A DNA stretch of 64,000 nt from Eledone cirrhosa (GCA_964016885.1 OZ024760.1:16678001-16742000); one strand, 5' to 3'; shown: positions 30,075 through 51,029, numbered from the stretch's first letter. Numbers and translations: made by a program. The notes: generated by a model not told the origin, from the letters alone.

Positions 30075-30359
30075 CACAGACCAAGCTTACCCACGAAGTG
30101 CGCATGCGTACAAAACCATGCCTCAATTGCCAATACAAACAATTAAATGTGTCTATTTATTTACTCCTTGGAAGCAGGTGTAGGTGTGTGTGTATGTGTG
30201 TATATGTGTAGGTGTGTGTGTGTGTGTGTGTGTATGTGTGTGTATGTGAGGGCGGGGTTAAATGTGTATGTATATGTGTGTATATATGGGGTGAATGTAT
30301 GATTGTGTGTATGTGTGTATGTATTGGGGTGAGTGTGTGTACATGTATGTGTGTGTCTG

Positions 30360-30390
<31 letters not shown>

Positions 30391-30500
30391 ATGGGGTTAA
30401 TGTATGATCGTGTATATGTGTGTGTGTATTGGAGTGAGTGTGTGTACATGTATGTGTGTGTATGTATGTGCATGTATATGTGTGTGTATGTTTGTGTCTG

Positions 30501-30537
<37 letters not shown>

Positions 30538-30667
30538 ATATGGGGTGAATGTATGATCGTGTATATGTGTGTATGTATTGGAGTGAGTGTGTGTACATGT
30601 ATGTGTGTGTATGCATGTGCATATATATGTGTGTGTCTGTATATATATATATGTGTGGACAGTGAAG

Positions 30668-30698
<31 letters not shown>

Positions 30699-30797
30699 GG
30701 GTAGTGAAGTGTGTATGTATATGTGGGTGTGAAATGTATATGTGTATGGAGAGATATTTGTCTGGGTAAATGGGAGTGAATATATATGCGTGTGTAA

Positions 30798-30839
<42 letters not shown>

Positions 30840-30922
30840 GAGTGTGTGTGTGTGTATGTATATATGTATGTGTGTATACATATATATACATATCTGAGAG
30901 TGTGTGTGTGTATGTATATATG

Positions 30923-30986
<64 letters not shown>

Positions 30987-31007
30987 TGTGTGTGTGTATG
31001 TATATAT

Positions 31008-31043
<36 letters not shown>

Positions 31044-31078
31044 GAGTGTGTGTGTGTGTATGTATATATGTATGTGTG

Positions 31079-31167
<89 letters not shown>

Positions 31168-31245
31168 GACCTGAGTGTGTGTGTGTGTATATATGCGTGT
31201 ATATATATATATATATATCTGAGTGTGTCTGTGTGTATGTATATA

Positions 31246-31432
<187 letters not shown>

Positions 31433-31603
31433 ATTGTTTCTACTTTAGGCACAAGGCCAGCAAATACCCAGTGCATTACTGGTACTTTATATATATAGTA
31501 ATAATAATAAATTTGAAGACTAAAATCCAAAGAGTTTCAGAAGATCCCGTTAAGGGTGAAAGCAGCGATTCTTTGCTTAAACTTTAATCTGTTATTTTAA
31601 TAA

Positions 31604-31622
<19 letters not shown>

Positions 31623-31634
<12 letters not shown>

Positions 31635-33243
31635 AGGAATCAAAGAACTGTTCAAAACATTATTGTGCTTACAGCTGTTTCCTCCAAACCGAGGTTTGGA
31701 TTCTTCGGAGCAATTTATTAATGCATGGACAGTTATATGACCTCCTTTTCAGCCGAGAGACATACCAACACATATTCAAACATTGATACATATTCAAACA
31801 TTGTGGGTCAACATTCATTACAGAATTTAGAGTGGCAGTACACACTTCGAGATTACATTTATATTAATAGGTACAATCAAAAATCAAAGATATAGGTTAA
31901 AGTACAACATGAAGATAAGTGGTTATATAGTGCAAATGTTATATGTGTGGCACGCATGTGCGTCTTGTTTATATAGTGTGGCAGTGAGATATGTGTGGTA
32001 GAGGCACTTAGGTAGGTAAATAAGAGTGTTAGGTTGGTAGATCTGGTGGCAAAATCTTTATATGATTGATATAGTCTGTGTGTGGAGAAATATTATAAGC
32101 ATTAAAGATAGTGCAAGCATTAAAAGTGTTATAAGTATTGGAGATGCACAGCGCAGGGATGTCAAGTAATTCATGTACTTCGGCATTTTCATGGTCAGGG
32201 GAGTGTATATTTCGATTATATGCCTTTCACATAATCCACGACAATCCAGCTAGAGATCGTAGTCTGGTGTTCTTTAGTTCGATACAGGAGGTTGTTACGT
32301 TTCGAGAAACGCCATTTAATGGCTAGATATAGAAACCCCAGAGTTACCTCCCCGCATGCATTAACTCCCCTTAGCCACACACACACTTCCGGTATTCAAT
32401 GGCGTTTCTCGAAACGTAACAACCTCCTGTATCGAACTAAAGAACACCAGACTACGATCTCTAACTGGATTGTCGTGGATTATGTGAAAGGCATATAATC
32501 GAAATATACACTCCCCTGACCATGAAAATGCCGAAGTACATGAATTACTTGACATCCCTGCGCTGTGCATCTCCAATACTTATAACACTTTTAATGCTTG
32601 CACTATCTTTAATGCTTATAATATTTCTCCACACACAGACTATATCAATCATATAAAGATTTTGCCACCAGATCTACCAACCTAACACTCTTATTTACCT
32701 ACCTAAGTGCCTCTGCCACACATATCTCACTGCCACACTATATAAACAAGACGCACATGCGTGCCACACATATAACATTTGCACTATATAACCACTCATG
32801 TTGTACTTTAACCTATATCTTTGATTTTTGATTGTACCTATTAATATAAATGTAATCTCGAAGTGTGTACTGCCACTCTAAATTCTGTAATGAATGTTGA
32901 CCCACAATGTTTGAATATGTATCAATGTTTGAATATGTGTTGGTATGTCTCTCGGCTGAAAAGGAGGTCATATAACTGTCCATGCATTAATAAATTGCTC
33001 CGAAGAATCCAAACCTCGGTTTGGAGGAAACAGCTGTAAGCACAATAATGTTTTGAACAGTTCTTTGATTCCTATATTTCATATAACTGCTCTGTAAATC
33101 ATCTGATGTTTTTACATTGAGCTACTTAACTTACTGGTAATAAGGTAGTAATACATTACTGCCTACCACTATTTAGTGTGTGTGTAAAATACTTACAACT
33201 GCTTAAGGTTTTGTATTTACATAACCATAAATAGTATAACTAA

Positions 33244-33245
<2 letters not shown>
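31623..33245. mobile_element. Large fold-back element (arms about 31623-32320 / 32394-33085), probable Penelope-like head-to-head ends
   Basis: Near-perfect ~695 bp inverted repeat (a 6-bp indel and a few substitutions), ~73 bp loop, hammerhead-like motif in each arm, (TA)n on both flanks, right arm with ~160 bp extra tail. Confidence 0.8.
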
Positions 33246-33279
<34 letters not shown>

Positions 33280-34290
33280 ACACACAATTATATATAGACC
33301 CGAGCAAGATGGTTGGAAAATATCCATGTGCTTGGCTGGTCTCGCTTGGGGACGCAGCTGGATCAGTTCAGAGACAGTTGCTTCTGACCGGACCCGCTGG
33401 AAGGAGTGTTTGAGGACTTCTATGTTTTACACAAGGCCAGCAAATTATCCCAGTACATTACTGGTACTTTATTAGTAATTCATTGAATAATAATAATTTT
33501 TTATTTAGTCACAAGGCTAAACATTTTCGGAGTGGGGGAAAGCCGATTAAATCGACCTCAGTGCATTACTGGTACTTTATTTTATCGACCCTGTAAGGAT
33601 GAAAGGTAAAGCTAACTTTTGTGGGATTTGAACTCAGAATGGAAATTATGAGACGAAATATAACACAACTTAGTAAATTGACCAATTTCTTTTTTTTTTC
33701 AGGAGAAATAACTCTTAAAAGAACTTTTTCTTTCAAGCAATAGTTACTTCCCTTGAAAGAAAGTTAAATTTCAAGGAGAATAAAGGTTATTTAAGGTTAT
33801 CAAGATGTCAAGGCCAAACTTATGGTTGTTACCATTGTTGTTGTCACCGTTATTGCTGTTGTTGATGTCGTTAATGCTGTTATTGTTACTACTGTTGTTG
33901 TTGTTGTTGTTGTTATTGTTTCTACTGCTATTGATGTTGCAGTTGTTGTTACTGTCGCTGTTATTGCTGTTGTTATGGGACCCTATTTGCGCACCATACA
34001 GGGAGAAGGGGGCGGGCGAGAGAGATTGAAGCGATGACAGTGGGAGTTGTCATTGATAACTTTGCTCCATTTATTGACTACAATAGGAAGAACAAATAAT
34101 TGTTTCCGTATCTTTAATGATCTATATTTATGCTTAGTGCTATGATAATATGTATAAGTACCGCTTTCTGGATAAATTTAGGTACGAAGTACGTTAAAAT
34201 AATCTTATTTGTTATAAAGTATGTTGTGAGGAAGAAAACGAATTGATAACTACATGTATAGGTGTTACCACGTTGAGGTTCCATAAAGAT

Positions 34291-37160
34291 CCGACGTTCT
34301 AACGACTGTCATTCTATTTGACGTTCTAACAACTGTCATTCTATCTGACGTTCTAACGACTGCCATTCTATCTGACGTTCTGGTGACTCTGTCATTCTAT
34401 CTGACGTTCTAACGACTGTCATTCTATCTGACGTTCTAACGACTGTCATTCTATCTGACGTTCTAACAACTGTCATTCTATCTGACGTTCTAACGACTGC
34501 CATTCTATCTGACGTTCTAACGACTGTCATTCTATCTGACGTTCTAACAACTGTCATTCTATCTGACGTTCTAACAACTGTCATTCTATCTGAAGTTCTA
34601 ACGACTGTCATTCTATCTGACGTTCTAACGACTGTCATTCTATCTGACGTTCTAACAACTGTCATTCTATCTGACGTTCTAACGACTGTCATTCTATCTG
34701 ACGTTCTAACGACTGTCATTCTATCTGACGTTCTAACAACTGTCATTCTATCTGACGTTCTAACAACTGCCATTCTATCTGACGTTCTAACGACTGCCAT
34801 TCTATCTGACGTTCTAACGACTGTCATTCTATCTGACGTTCTAACAACTGTCATTCTATCTGACGTTCTAACGACTGTCATTCTATCTGACGTTCTAACA
34901 ACTGTCATTCTATCTGACGTTCTAACGACTGTCATTCTATCTGACGTTCTAACAACTGTCATTCTATCTGACGTTCTAACAACTGTCATTCTATCTGACG
35001 TTCTAACGACTGCCATTCTATCTGACGTTCTAACGACTGTCATTCTATCTGACGTTCTAACGACTGCCATTCTATCTGACGTTCTAACGACTGTCATTCT
35101 ATCTGACGTTCTAACAACTGTCATTCTATCTGACGTTCTAACGACTGTCATTCTATCTGACGTTCTAACGACTGTCATTCTATCTGACGTTCTAACGACT
35201 GTCATTCTATCTGACGTTCTAACAACTGTCATTCTATCTGACGTTCTAACGACTGTCATTCTATCTGACGTTCTAACGACTGTCATTCTATCTGACGTTC
35301 TAACAACTGTCATTCTATCTGACGTTCTAACGACTGCCATTCTATCTGACGTTCTAACGACTGTCATTCTATCTGACGTTCTAACGACTGTCATTCTATC
35401 TGACGTTCTAACAACTGTCATTCTATCTGACGTTCTAACGACTGCCATTCTATCTGACGTTCTAACGACTGTCATTCTATCTGACGTTCTAACAACTGTC
35501 ATTCTATCTGACGTTCTAACAACTGTCATTCTATCTGACGTTCTAACGACTGTCATTCTATCTGACGTTCTAACGACTGTCATTCTATCTGACGTTCTAA
35601 CGACTGTCATTCTATCTGACGTTCTAACAACTGTCATTCTATCTGACGTTCTAACGACTGCCATTCTATCTGACGTTCTAACGACTGTCATTCTATCTGA
35701 CGTTCTAACAACTGTCATTCTATCTGAAGTTCTAACGACAGTCATTCTATCTGACGTTCTAACGACTGTCATTCTATCTGACGTTCTAACAACTGTCATT
35801 CTATCTGACGTTCTAACGACTGCCATTCTATCTGACGTTCTAACGACTGTCATTCTATCTGACGTTCTAACAACTGTCATTCTATCTGACGTTCTAACGA
35901 CTGTCATTCTATCTGACGTTCTAACAACTGTCATTCTATCTGACGTTCTAACGACTGTCATTCTATCTGACGTTCTAACGACTGTCATTCTATCTGACGT
36001 TCTAACAACTGTCATTCTATCTGACGTTCTAACGACTGTCATTCTATCTGACGTTCTAACGACTGCCATTCTATCTGACGTTCTAACGACTGTCATTCTA
36101 TCTGACGTTCTAACAACTGCCATTCTATCTGACGTTCTAACGACTGTCATTCTATCTGACGTTCTAACAACTGCCATTCTATCTGACGTTCTAACGACTG
36201 TCATTCTATCTGACGTTCTAACAACTGTCATTCTATCTGACGTTCTAACAACTGTCATTCTATCTGACGTTCTAACGACTGCCATTCTATCTGACGTTCT
36301 AACGACTGTCATTCTATCTGACGTTCTAACAACTGCCATTCTATCTGACGTTCTAACGACTGTCATTCTATCTGACGTTCTAACAACTGTCATTCTATCT
36401 GACGTTCTAACGACTGTCATTCTATCTGACGTTCTAACAACTGTCATTCTATCTGACGTTCTAACGACTGCCATTCTATCTGACGTTCTAACGACTGTCA
36501 TTCTATCTGACGTTCTAATAACTGTCATTCTATCTGACGTTCTAACAACTGTCATTCTATCTGACGTTCTAACGACTGTCATTCTATCTGACGTTCTAAC
36601 GACTGTCATTCTATCTGACGTTCTAACGACTGTCATTCTATCTGACGTTCTAACAACTGTCATTCTATCTGACGTTCTAACGACTGCCATTCTATCTGAC
36701 GTTCTAACGACTGTCATTCTATCTGACGTTCTAACGACTGTCATTCTATCTGACGTTCTAACGACTGCCATTCTATCTGACGTTCTAACGACTGTCATTC
36801 TATCTGACGTTCTAACAACTGTCATTCTATCTGACGTTCTAACAACTGTCATTCTATCTGACGTTCTAACGACTGTCATTCTATCTTACGTTCTAACGAC
36901 TGTCATTCTATCTGACGTTCTAACGACTGTCATTCTATCTGACGTTCTAACGACTGTCATTCTATCTGACGTTCTAACAACTGTCATTCTATCTGACGTT
37001 CTAACAACTGTCATTCTATCTGACGTTCTAACGACTGTCATTCTATCTGACGTTCTAACGACTGTCATTCTATCTGACGTTCTAACGACTGCCATTCTAT
37101 CTGACGTTCTAACGACTGTCATTCTATCTGACGTTCTAACGACTCTGCCAATTCGCCACC
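34291..37160. repeat. 27-bp minisatellite (TTCTATCTGACGTTCTAACGACTGTCA), about 105 copies
   Basis: Very homogeneous; mainly two polymorphic sites (aacG/Aac, ctgT/Cca); ends in a SINE head. Confidence 0.97.
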
Positions 37161-37599
37161 TATATATTTAATATATATACACATTAAAACAACAACAGAA
37201 AGCCTGACTGGAAAGTTTACTTTAGAATTTTAACTCCACAAAAGCACTCTACATATTTCCATGGTCCAGCTCTGTCATCCGATCCGATTATGATGTAAAA
37301 GTTTGTCTGTGTTTACAGCAGTTAAATAAGTTGAAGGGTTAACCTTTCAAATCAAGAATTTTATCGAAATAGAAACTTATCTTTAATTTATATAACACAT
37401 AGAAGTATTATTAACCACAGAATATAATAATAAATAACACACATACATACGTACACACATACATACATACATACATACATACATACATACATACATACAT
37501 ACATACATACATACATACATACACATACACACACATACATACACACATACATACACACACACAAGGTCGGCAATGGAATGATATGTCACAAACTAGGGA

Positions 37600-38906
<1,307 letters not shown>

Positions 38907-38940
38907 GGATTTAAATGGATACAGTTTAGTTAAAAGGAAT

Positions 38941-39061
38941 TTATTGACACGTGTTTCAATAACAGTTACATAACCTGAAAACAGCTGCTATCTACAAAGT
39001 ATTAGTTATGCAGACATTCAATATTTCAATGTTATTATCAACTGTCATTTCATCAGAATAA
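38941..39061 (-). ncRNA. Type I hammerhead ribozyme with canonical core and extended stem II
   Basis: Minus: ttatt-CTGATGA-aatgacagtt...aactgttatt-GAAA-cacgtg-TC-aataa; GUC site; palindromic helix III. Confidence 0.8.
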
Positions 39062-39526
39062 TTTTATTGAGAACCTGTTTGGTTTTTATAGAGAATATTA
39101 GGAGGGAGGGGTGAAGTTGTTAGAAGAATAGTTAAGGGAGTGGTTTTTTGATAGCAGTGAGAATTTTTGGTGGCAGTGAGTAATTAGATTCCCATCTGTT
39201 GTTTTGACATTTTTATAGAATATATTATTTGGCGTTGGTTATTTTCTAAATCTATAGAAGGATTAGAGATAGTATAGATATGCATGGTTGGTTTTGTGTT
39301 TGCACTTAATTAACATTCAGACTTAAATTTTTCTTTCAAGTGTACGTATCCTTTCGCCCACGCATTCACACACAAACATATATGCACACCTCTACAAAAT
39401 ACATATTCCATCACTTCCTTAGCAATTTTTACTTGATAATTTTCCTATGCTTTAATGCATGTACACTCCATATTCTTCTGAGTTTTTGGCTTGTATTGGC
39501 CGATAGTGCTTCTTATAGCTTTACTT

Positions 39527-39564
39527 GCCCTGATGAGTCCTTAATAGGACGAAACATTGTTGGC
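39527..39564 (+). ncRNA. Minimal type I hammerhead ribozyme
   Basis: gcc-CTGATGA-gtcct-taat-aggac-GAAA-cattg-TT-ggc, followed by AATAAA. Confidence 0.8.
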
Positions 39565-39833
39565 TAATAAAGACTTTTGATGTATTGAAGGCTTCTTTGG
39601 TTTATTTTCATAATTCTTCGGCTCTGTTTAATTACATTGAACTATATCTTTACTGTCATTTCTATAATACGAAGAGGGTGTTTAACTCCAACACACTCTA
39701 GTATTTTAATTCTTATATATATATATATATAATATTACTATTACATATGTTTCGAGGAACGATCTATTAATGATCAAGCTTGACTCTGGAATCAGAAGCC
39801 CCTCAGATATGTGTTAACATGTAGACTCTATTT

Positions 39834-39959
39834 GCTTCTACAGAACTAGAACTGTTTCATTTGAAGGAAATCATCGGGAAAGCCTACTGTCATTGTGGTA
39901 TGGTGGTTGACTTTCTTGATGATTTCCTTCGAATGAAACAGTTCTAGTATTGTAGAAGC
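39834..39959. mobile_element. Small fold-back (arms 39834-39882 / 39911-39959), each arm a degenerate hammerhead
   Basis: ctttc-(CC/TT)GATGA-tttccttcraat-GAAA-cag...tg-TA-gaag on both arms. Confidence 0.65.
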
Positions 39960-40041
39960 CATTTCTATATTGAATCTTGTATATACTCTACTCTGTATAG
40001 AGTACCTTACTTACTGTGGTTACCCCCGATTGAACCCGGGA

Positions 40042-40145
<104 letters not shown>

Positions 40146-40224
40146 TAGGGGGTAACCACAGTAAGTAAGGTACTCAATAATGCATGGGCGTGATGCAATA
40201 TATATATATTACATCACACTAGTG

Positions 40225-40303
<79 letters not shown>

Positions 40304-40367
40304 TACATATATATATACATATATATATATATATACACATATATATATATATTACATCACACTAGTG

Positions 40368-40468
<101 letters not shown>

Positions 40469-40521
40469 CATATATACATATATATATATATACATATATA
40501 TATATACATATATAAATATAC

Positions 40522-40588
<67 letters not shown>

Positions 40589-40615
40589 CATACATATATA
40601 CATATATATATATAC

Positions 40616-40792
<177 letters not shown>

Positions 40793-41231
40793 AACATATA
40801 TATATCAATATATATTACACTAGTGTGATGCAATATATATCTATTTTCCGGCTGGGGTTGACAAAACTTGCATTATAGCATAGAGTTATCTACCCTTTAC
40901 ATCACCACCATTAACACCCCGCTCTAATTATATATATCTCTTTCTCTCTCTCACACACACGATATCCTAAATATAGACTGTCGCCGTTCCATCGACAACA
41001 AACACAACTGTGCCGTCATTTACCTTGTTGTTGTATATTTGTCAAACGAACGGGAAAATAACAACACTGACTTCTCAGTCCTTCATAGACTGGCATACAC
41101 CTGCTACACGGTGCACCGATGATATACCAAACGAAGTTAGTATCACACTATATATAAATATATATTTATATATATGTATATATATATATATTATATAAAT
41201 CGTGTTTATCGTCGTAAATTGTATTCACAGT

Positions 41232-41265
<34 letters not shown>

Positions 41266-41391
41266 AGATTACAAATTACGAATTGTCCAGAATTCTTTCA
41301 GAATGAAATTATAAACACATATAATATTTGTGTTTATATTTTCATTCGGAAAGAATTGAAAACAATTCGTTACGTTATGCATATATATATA

Positions 41392-41458
<67 letters not shown>

Positions 41459-41721
41459 TGTTTATAATACCAGAGTATTTTAAATATTAACTGAATAAGC
41501 AACAAAGATTATATATATATATATATTATATATATATAAACCTTTTTATGCTTTGTTGAGTGCTTCCAATCTATTGTAAAACTCATTCTTTGATGTATTC
41601 ATTGAACCTCGTTTAACTTTTAAATATATATATATATAATCATTCGTTTATTCTGTAATATATTTTTTAGAATAAGTTTTGCACTATATATTTTTTTCTT
41701 TTTTCTTTTCACACCTTTATG

Positions 41722-41772
<51 letters not shown>

Positions 41773-41937
41773 CGAAGGAAATGTGGTAAGGAACCAGGTG
41801 GACCATAACGCACCAAAGTACTCAATACTAGAATTAGCCGTCGAAAGGGCTTGAGCTCAGCCGTCGGGGTCCTACTCGTTCCTATATATCTATATATATG
41901 TATGTAAATATCGTTTGTTTATATTGAGAAATACTTT

Positions 41938-41979
<42 letters not shown>

Positions 41980-42301
41980 AGGGTGTTAAAGTTTGCTTGA
42001 AGCATTGTGAAATGTGTAAAATACGTAGTTAAGAAAGCCACAACAATGCAAAGGTAGACTTTGCGTGGTAGACTTAATCCGACACCCGGTTTAACATCAC
42101 CGATATCAAAGGTAACCCGGTCAGATGCGGGTATTTCAGATCCCAGGTCTTTGTTGGGCTAAAATAAACTTACTCTCTTCTCGTTACGTGTTATATAAGA
42201 CCCTTAAAAGTTGGTTTTGGCAGTGACCATCATACCCCAATACCGACATTACATTGCACGAAAATCTCGCTACCGTTCATTTATACATACGTATTTATAC
42301 G

Positions 42302-42352
<51 letters not shown>

Positions 42353-42603
42353 TTTAAAGGTAATATTTGAAGCTGTAGTTAAACTTTAATTAGTTACCTG
42401 CCTAGCTATGTGTGATTACACACTTTACAAATTATCCCCTGTGATTGTTTCATGTGTTTATTTTGAATATATTTATATGTCAATCAATTTCTAGTTGATA
42501 TAAAATGGTATGATTTATTTATTGGAATCTTTGAGCTTATTGTACGGTGGACATGGCGTATGTCTCTCGGACATGACTCCCTTAATTTAATTTTATTTAT
42601 TTC

Positions 42604-42643
<40 letters not shown>

Positions 42644-42706
42644 TATGTATATATATACTCTTTTACCCTTTTACCTGTTTCAGCCATCCGGCTGAGGCCA
42701 TGCTGT

Positions 42707-48349
<5,643 letters not shown>

Positions 48350-48350
<1 letters not shown>

Positions 48351-48650
48351 CATCATCATCATCATCATCAGGTTTAGCGTCCGTGTTCCACGCTTGCATG
48401 GGTTTGGACGGGGGTTTTCCCACTTGAGGCAAGAGTGGTTGTCTTGCTCGCATAGGACTGTCTGGCGGGTTTTCTACAGTTGGATGCCCTTCCTAACACC
48501 AACCACATTTACAGTGTGGGGCTGGGAGGTTTTTACCGTGTTGCCTACACGGCCACATTTACAGTGTGGACTGTGTGTTTTTTGTCGTGACACCTACACG
48601 ATCTCATTTGTTTCGGCCTGGATGTTGTGTCTAACAGACGTGGGCATGCC
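48350..48650 (-). mobile_element. SINE 3' part with (GAT)n tail; related copies at 56492-56672, 58490-58640, 61680-61960
   Basis: Shared GTTGGTGTTAGGAAGGGCATCCA and GGACGTTAAACGATGATGATG end. Confidence 0.8.
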
Positions 48651-48654
48651 TACA

Positions 48655-48775
48655 AAGTGAGAAAATAGCACAGCTCCCATGACTTTCGGAAACATTTTTT
48701 CATGCTCAGAGTCGCTGAAGTATGGAACAAACTATCTACATCAGTTGTTAGCTGTCAAGACACTGCATCCTTAAG
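48655..48775 (+). mobile_element. CR1 LINE C-terminal fragment
   Basis: RKHFF.MLRVAEVWNKLSTSVV; related pieces at 59870-59980 and 60495-60570. Confidence 0.7.
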
Positions 48776-49091
48776 GCGCTCAGAGTTGTTGTTGGCAAGA
48801 TGGTTAATAATTTTAATCTCAGAATGTCCTGGCTTGAAATTGTCTTGGCTTGAAAATTATGGTAAATCTATGTATAAGCAAGTTCTATTTTATTATATTG
48901 TATATAATTTCATTTCTTATACTAGTGCCAGTTTTTGACCCAAAATTTCAGTTGACATTCATACCCAACTACTGACTAGTCACATGACCACCCTGGAAAT
49001 TTGAAATTGACTCACTTTAACTGTTTAGAATTTACATTTTTATATTATTTATTTTGAGAACAGTATCATAACATCAGTATGAGCAGCCAGT

Positions 49092-49320
49092 TTAACCCTT
49101 TAGAATTTACATTACTCTATATTTACTATTATATTTTTATGGTAAAGGCTTTATCTTACATAATTATCTCACATAATATCAAATCTATGAGATTTTGATA
49201 TTATTTATTTTGAGAACAATATCTTAACATCAGTATGAGTGGCGAGTTACAGCCGGCTTGAACAGAAAGAGGTGAGAGAATTCTGGCTGGATATGGCCGG
49301 TTTAAATTCAAAAAGGTTAA
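49092..49320. mobile_element. piggyBac-like MITE; other copies at 57943-58098 and 59428-59576
   Basis: TTAA-CCCTTTAGMATTTA...TAAATKCWAAARGG-TTAA terminal inverted repeats with TTAA flanks. Confidence 0.7.
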
Positions 49321-49744
49321 AGATCCCTTACTCCTGATAAATATATTGTCAACCAATTGTCATTGGTTACATGTTTCTATGGGCTAATCAATAGATCAAT
49401 ATTTCTGATGGTGAGAGTGATAAGGAGGAATGTAACTTAAAGTAGAACAAATATCACTAGGGACTTTGTTTGCATTACTACCACAACAACAGCAACAACC
49501 ACAATCACCACCACAACTACAACAACCACAACAACAATAGCAACAACCACAACCACCATCACAACAATTACTAGATCCAATAAATAACGCAGCATCTTTA
49601 TTTACTCCCCACCCCCTTTATTAGATTGCTAATTAATTAAAAGACCAACAGAGCAGTTGCTCTGTCTACTAATTAGAAATATGATCGTTAGTAAATTAAT
49701 CCTGCCCAAGGGCCAATTGGAGTTCCAGGTATTTATCATAATTA

Positions 49745-50620
49745 TAGCACAAGGCCAGCAATTTTGGGGGGAAGGAAAAATCAACCAAATTGACCCCAGT
49801 GCATTACTGGTACTTTATTTTATCGACCCCGTAATGATGAAAGGAAAAGCTAACCTCGACGGGATTTGAACTCAGAACGTAAAGGGCCGCAACTCTGTGC
49901 CGTGAAACATGGTGTCCGATACTTTACCGATACTGCCAATATGATGATGATAATTGTTTCTACTTTAGGCACAAGGCCAGCAATTACCCCAGTACATTAC
50001 TGGTACTTTATTTAACCTCACATAGTAACTGTTTCTACTTTTGGCACAAGGCCAGCAATTTGAGGGGGAGTTGATTAAATTGACCCAGTGCATTACTGGT
50101 ACTTTATTTTATCGACCCTGTAAGGATGAAAAGCAAAGCTAACCTTGGCAGGACTTGAACTCAGAATGTAAAGGGCCATATCTCTATGCCATAAAGCATG
50201 TTGTCTGACGCTCTACCGATACTGCATATTATAATTGTTTTTACTTTTGGCACAAGGCCAGCAATTATTCCAGTGTATTACTGGTACTTTATTTTATCGA
50301 CCCTGTAAAGATGAAAGGCAAAGTTAACCTCGGTGGGATTTGAACTCAGACCGTAAAGAGGCGTAACTCGATGCTGCAAGGCATGGTGTCCGACCCTCTA
50401 AAGATTCTGCTAATCCACCTCCCTTTATACTAATAATTTCTAATTGGCACAAGGCCAGTTATTATATCTGCTCCCCAGTGTATTACTGGTACTTTATTTT
50501 ATCGACCCTGTAAGGATGAAAAGCAAAGTTAACCTCAGCAGGATTTGAACTCAGAACGTATAGGGCTATGACTCTATTCCCTAAAACATTTCATCTAAGA
50601 CTGTAACAAATCTGGGGTCA
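49745..50620 (-). mobile_element. Array of about five co-oriented family A SINE copies
   Basis: Repeated core and tail in the same orientation. Confidence 0.88.
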
Positions 50621-51029
50621 CTCTACCTCTAAAGTATATTCCCTGGTCTACCTGGGTATATATTATAGCAATGATATTATAATTTAACATTAATTGGGGC
50701 ACCTGTCAAAATTTAAAACCCCTTCCTTCCTTTATCCCTTTAAAAAGTGTCATGCAATAGGATGAAGTGAGGGGGGTCACAGGTGTGGGACATACTTTTA
50801 CATGTGTGAATGGGAGTGTGAGTGGAATAGGGAGAAGGGGACACAGTGTTTCTCCTCTCTTGCACTTGTTCTCTGTCTCTCTCTCTCTTCTTCTCTCTCT
50901 CTCTCTCCTCTTTCTCTCTCTCTCTCTCTCTCTCAATCCAGTAATATAGAACAAAAATAGTGAAAGAGGGCTTCTCCTACCTTTCAGTTGTCAGGGAGCT
51001 GTGTGTATTTATGTGGTAAGCAGAGATAT

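Noticed and set aside
32138-32576. Twin 62/71-aa ORFs MEMHSAGMSS
   Set aside because: TTG-start ORFs duplicated only because of the inverted repeat.
34336-36879. 847-aa MTVVRTSDR repeat protein or CRISPR array
   Set aside because: 27-bp minisatellite with no unique spacers and no non-repeat domain; the open frame follows from the unit sequence.
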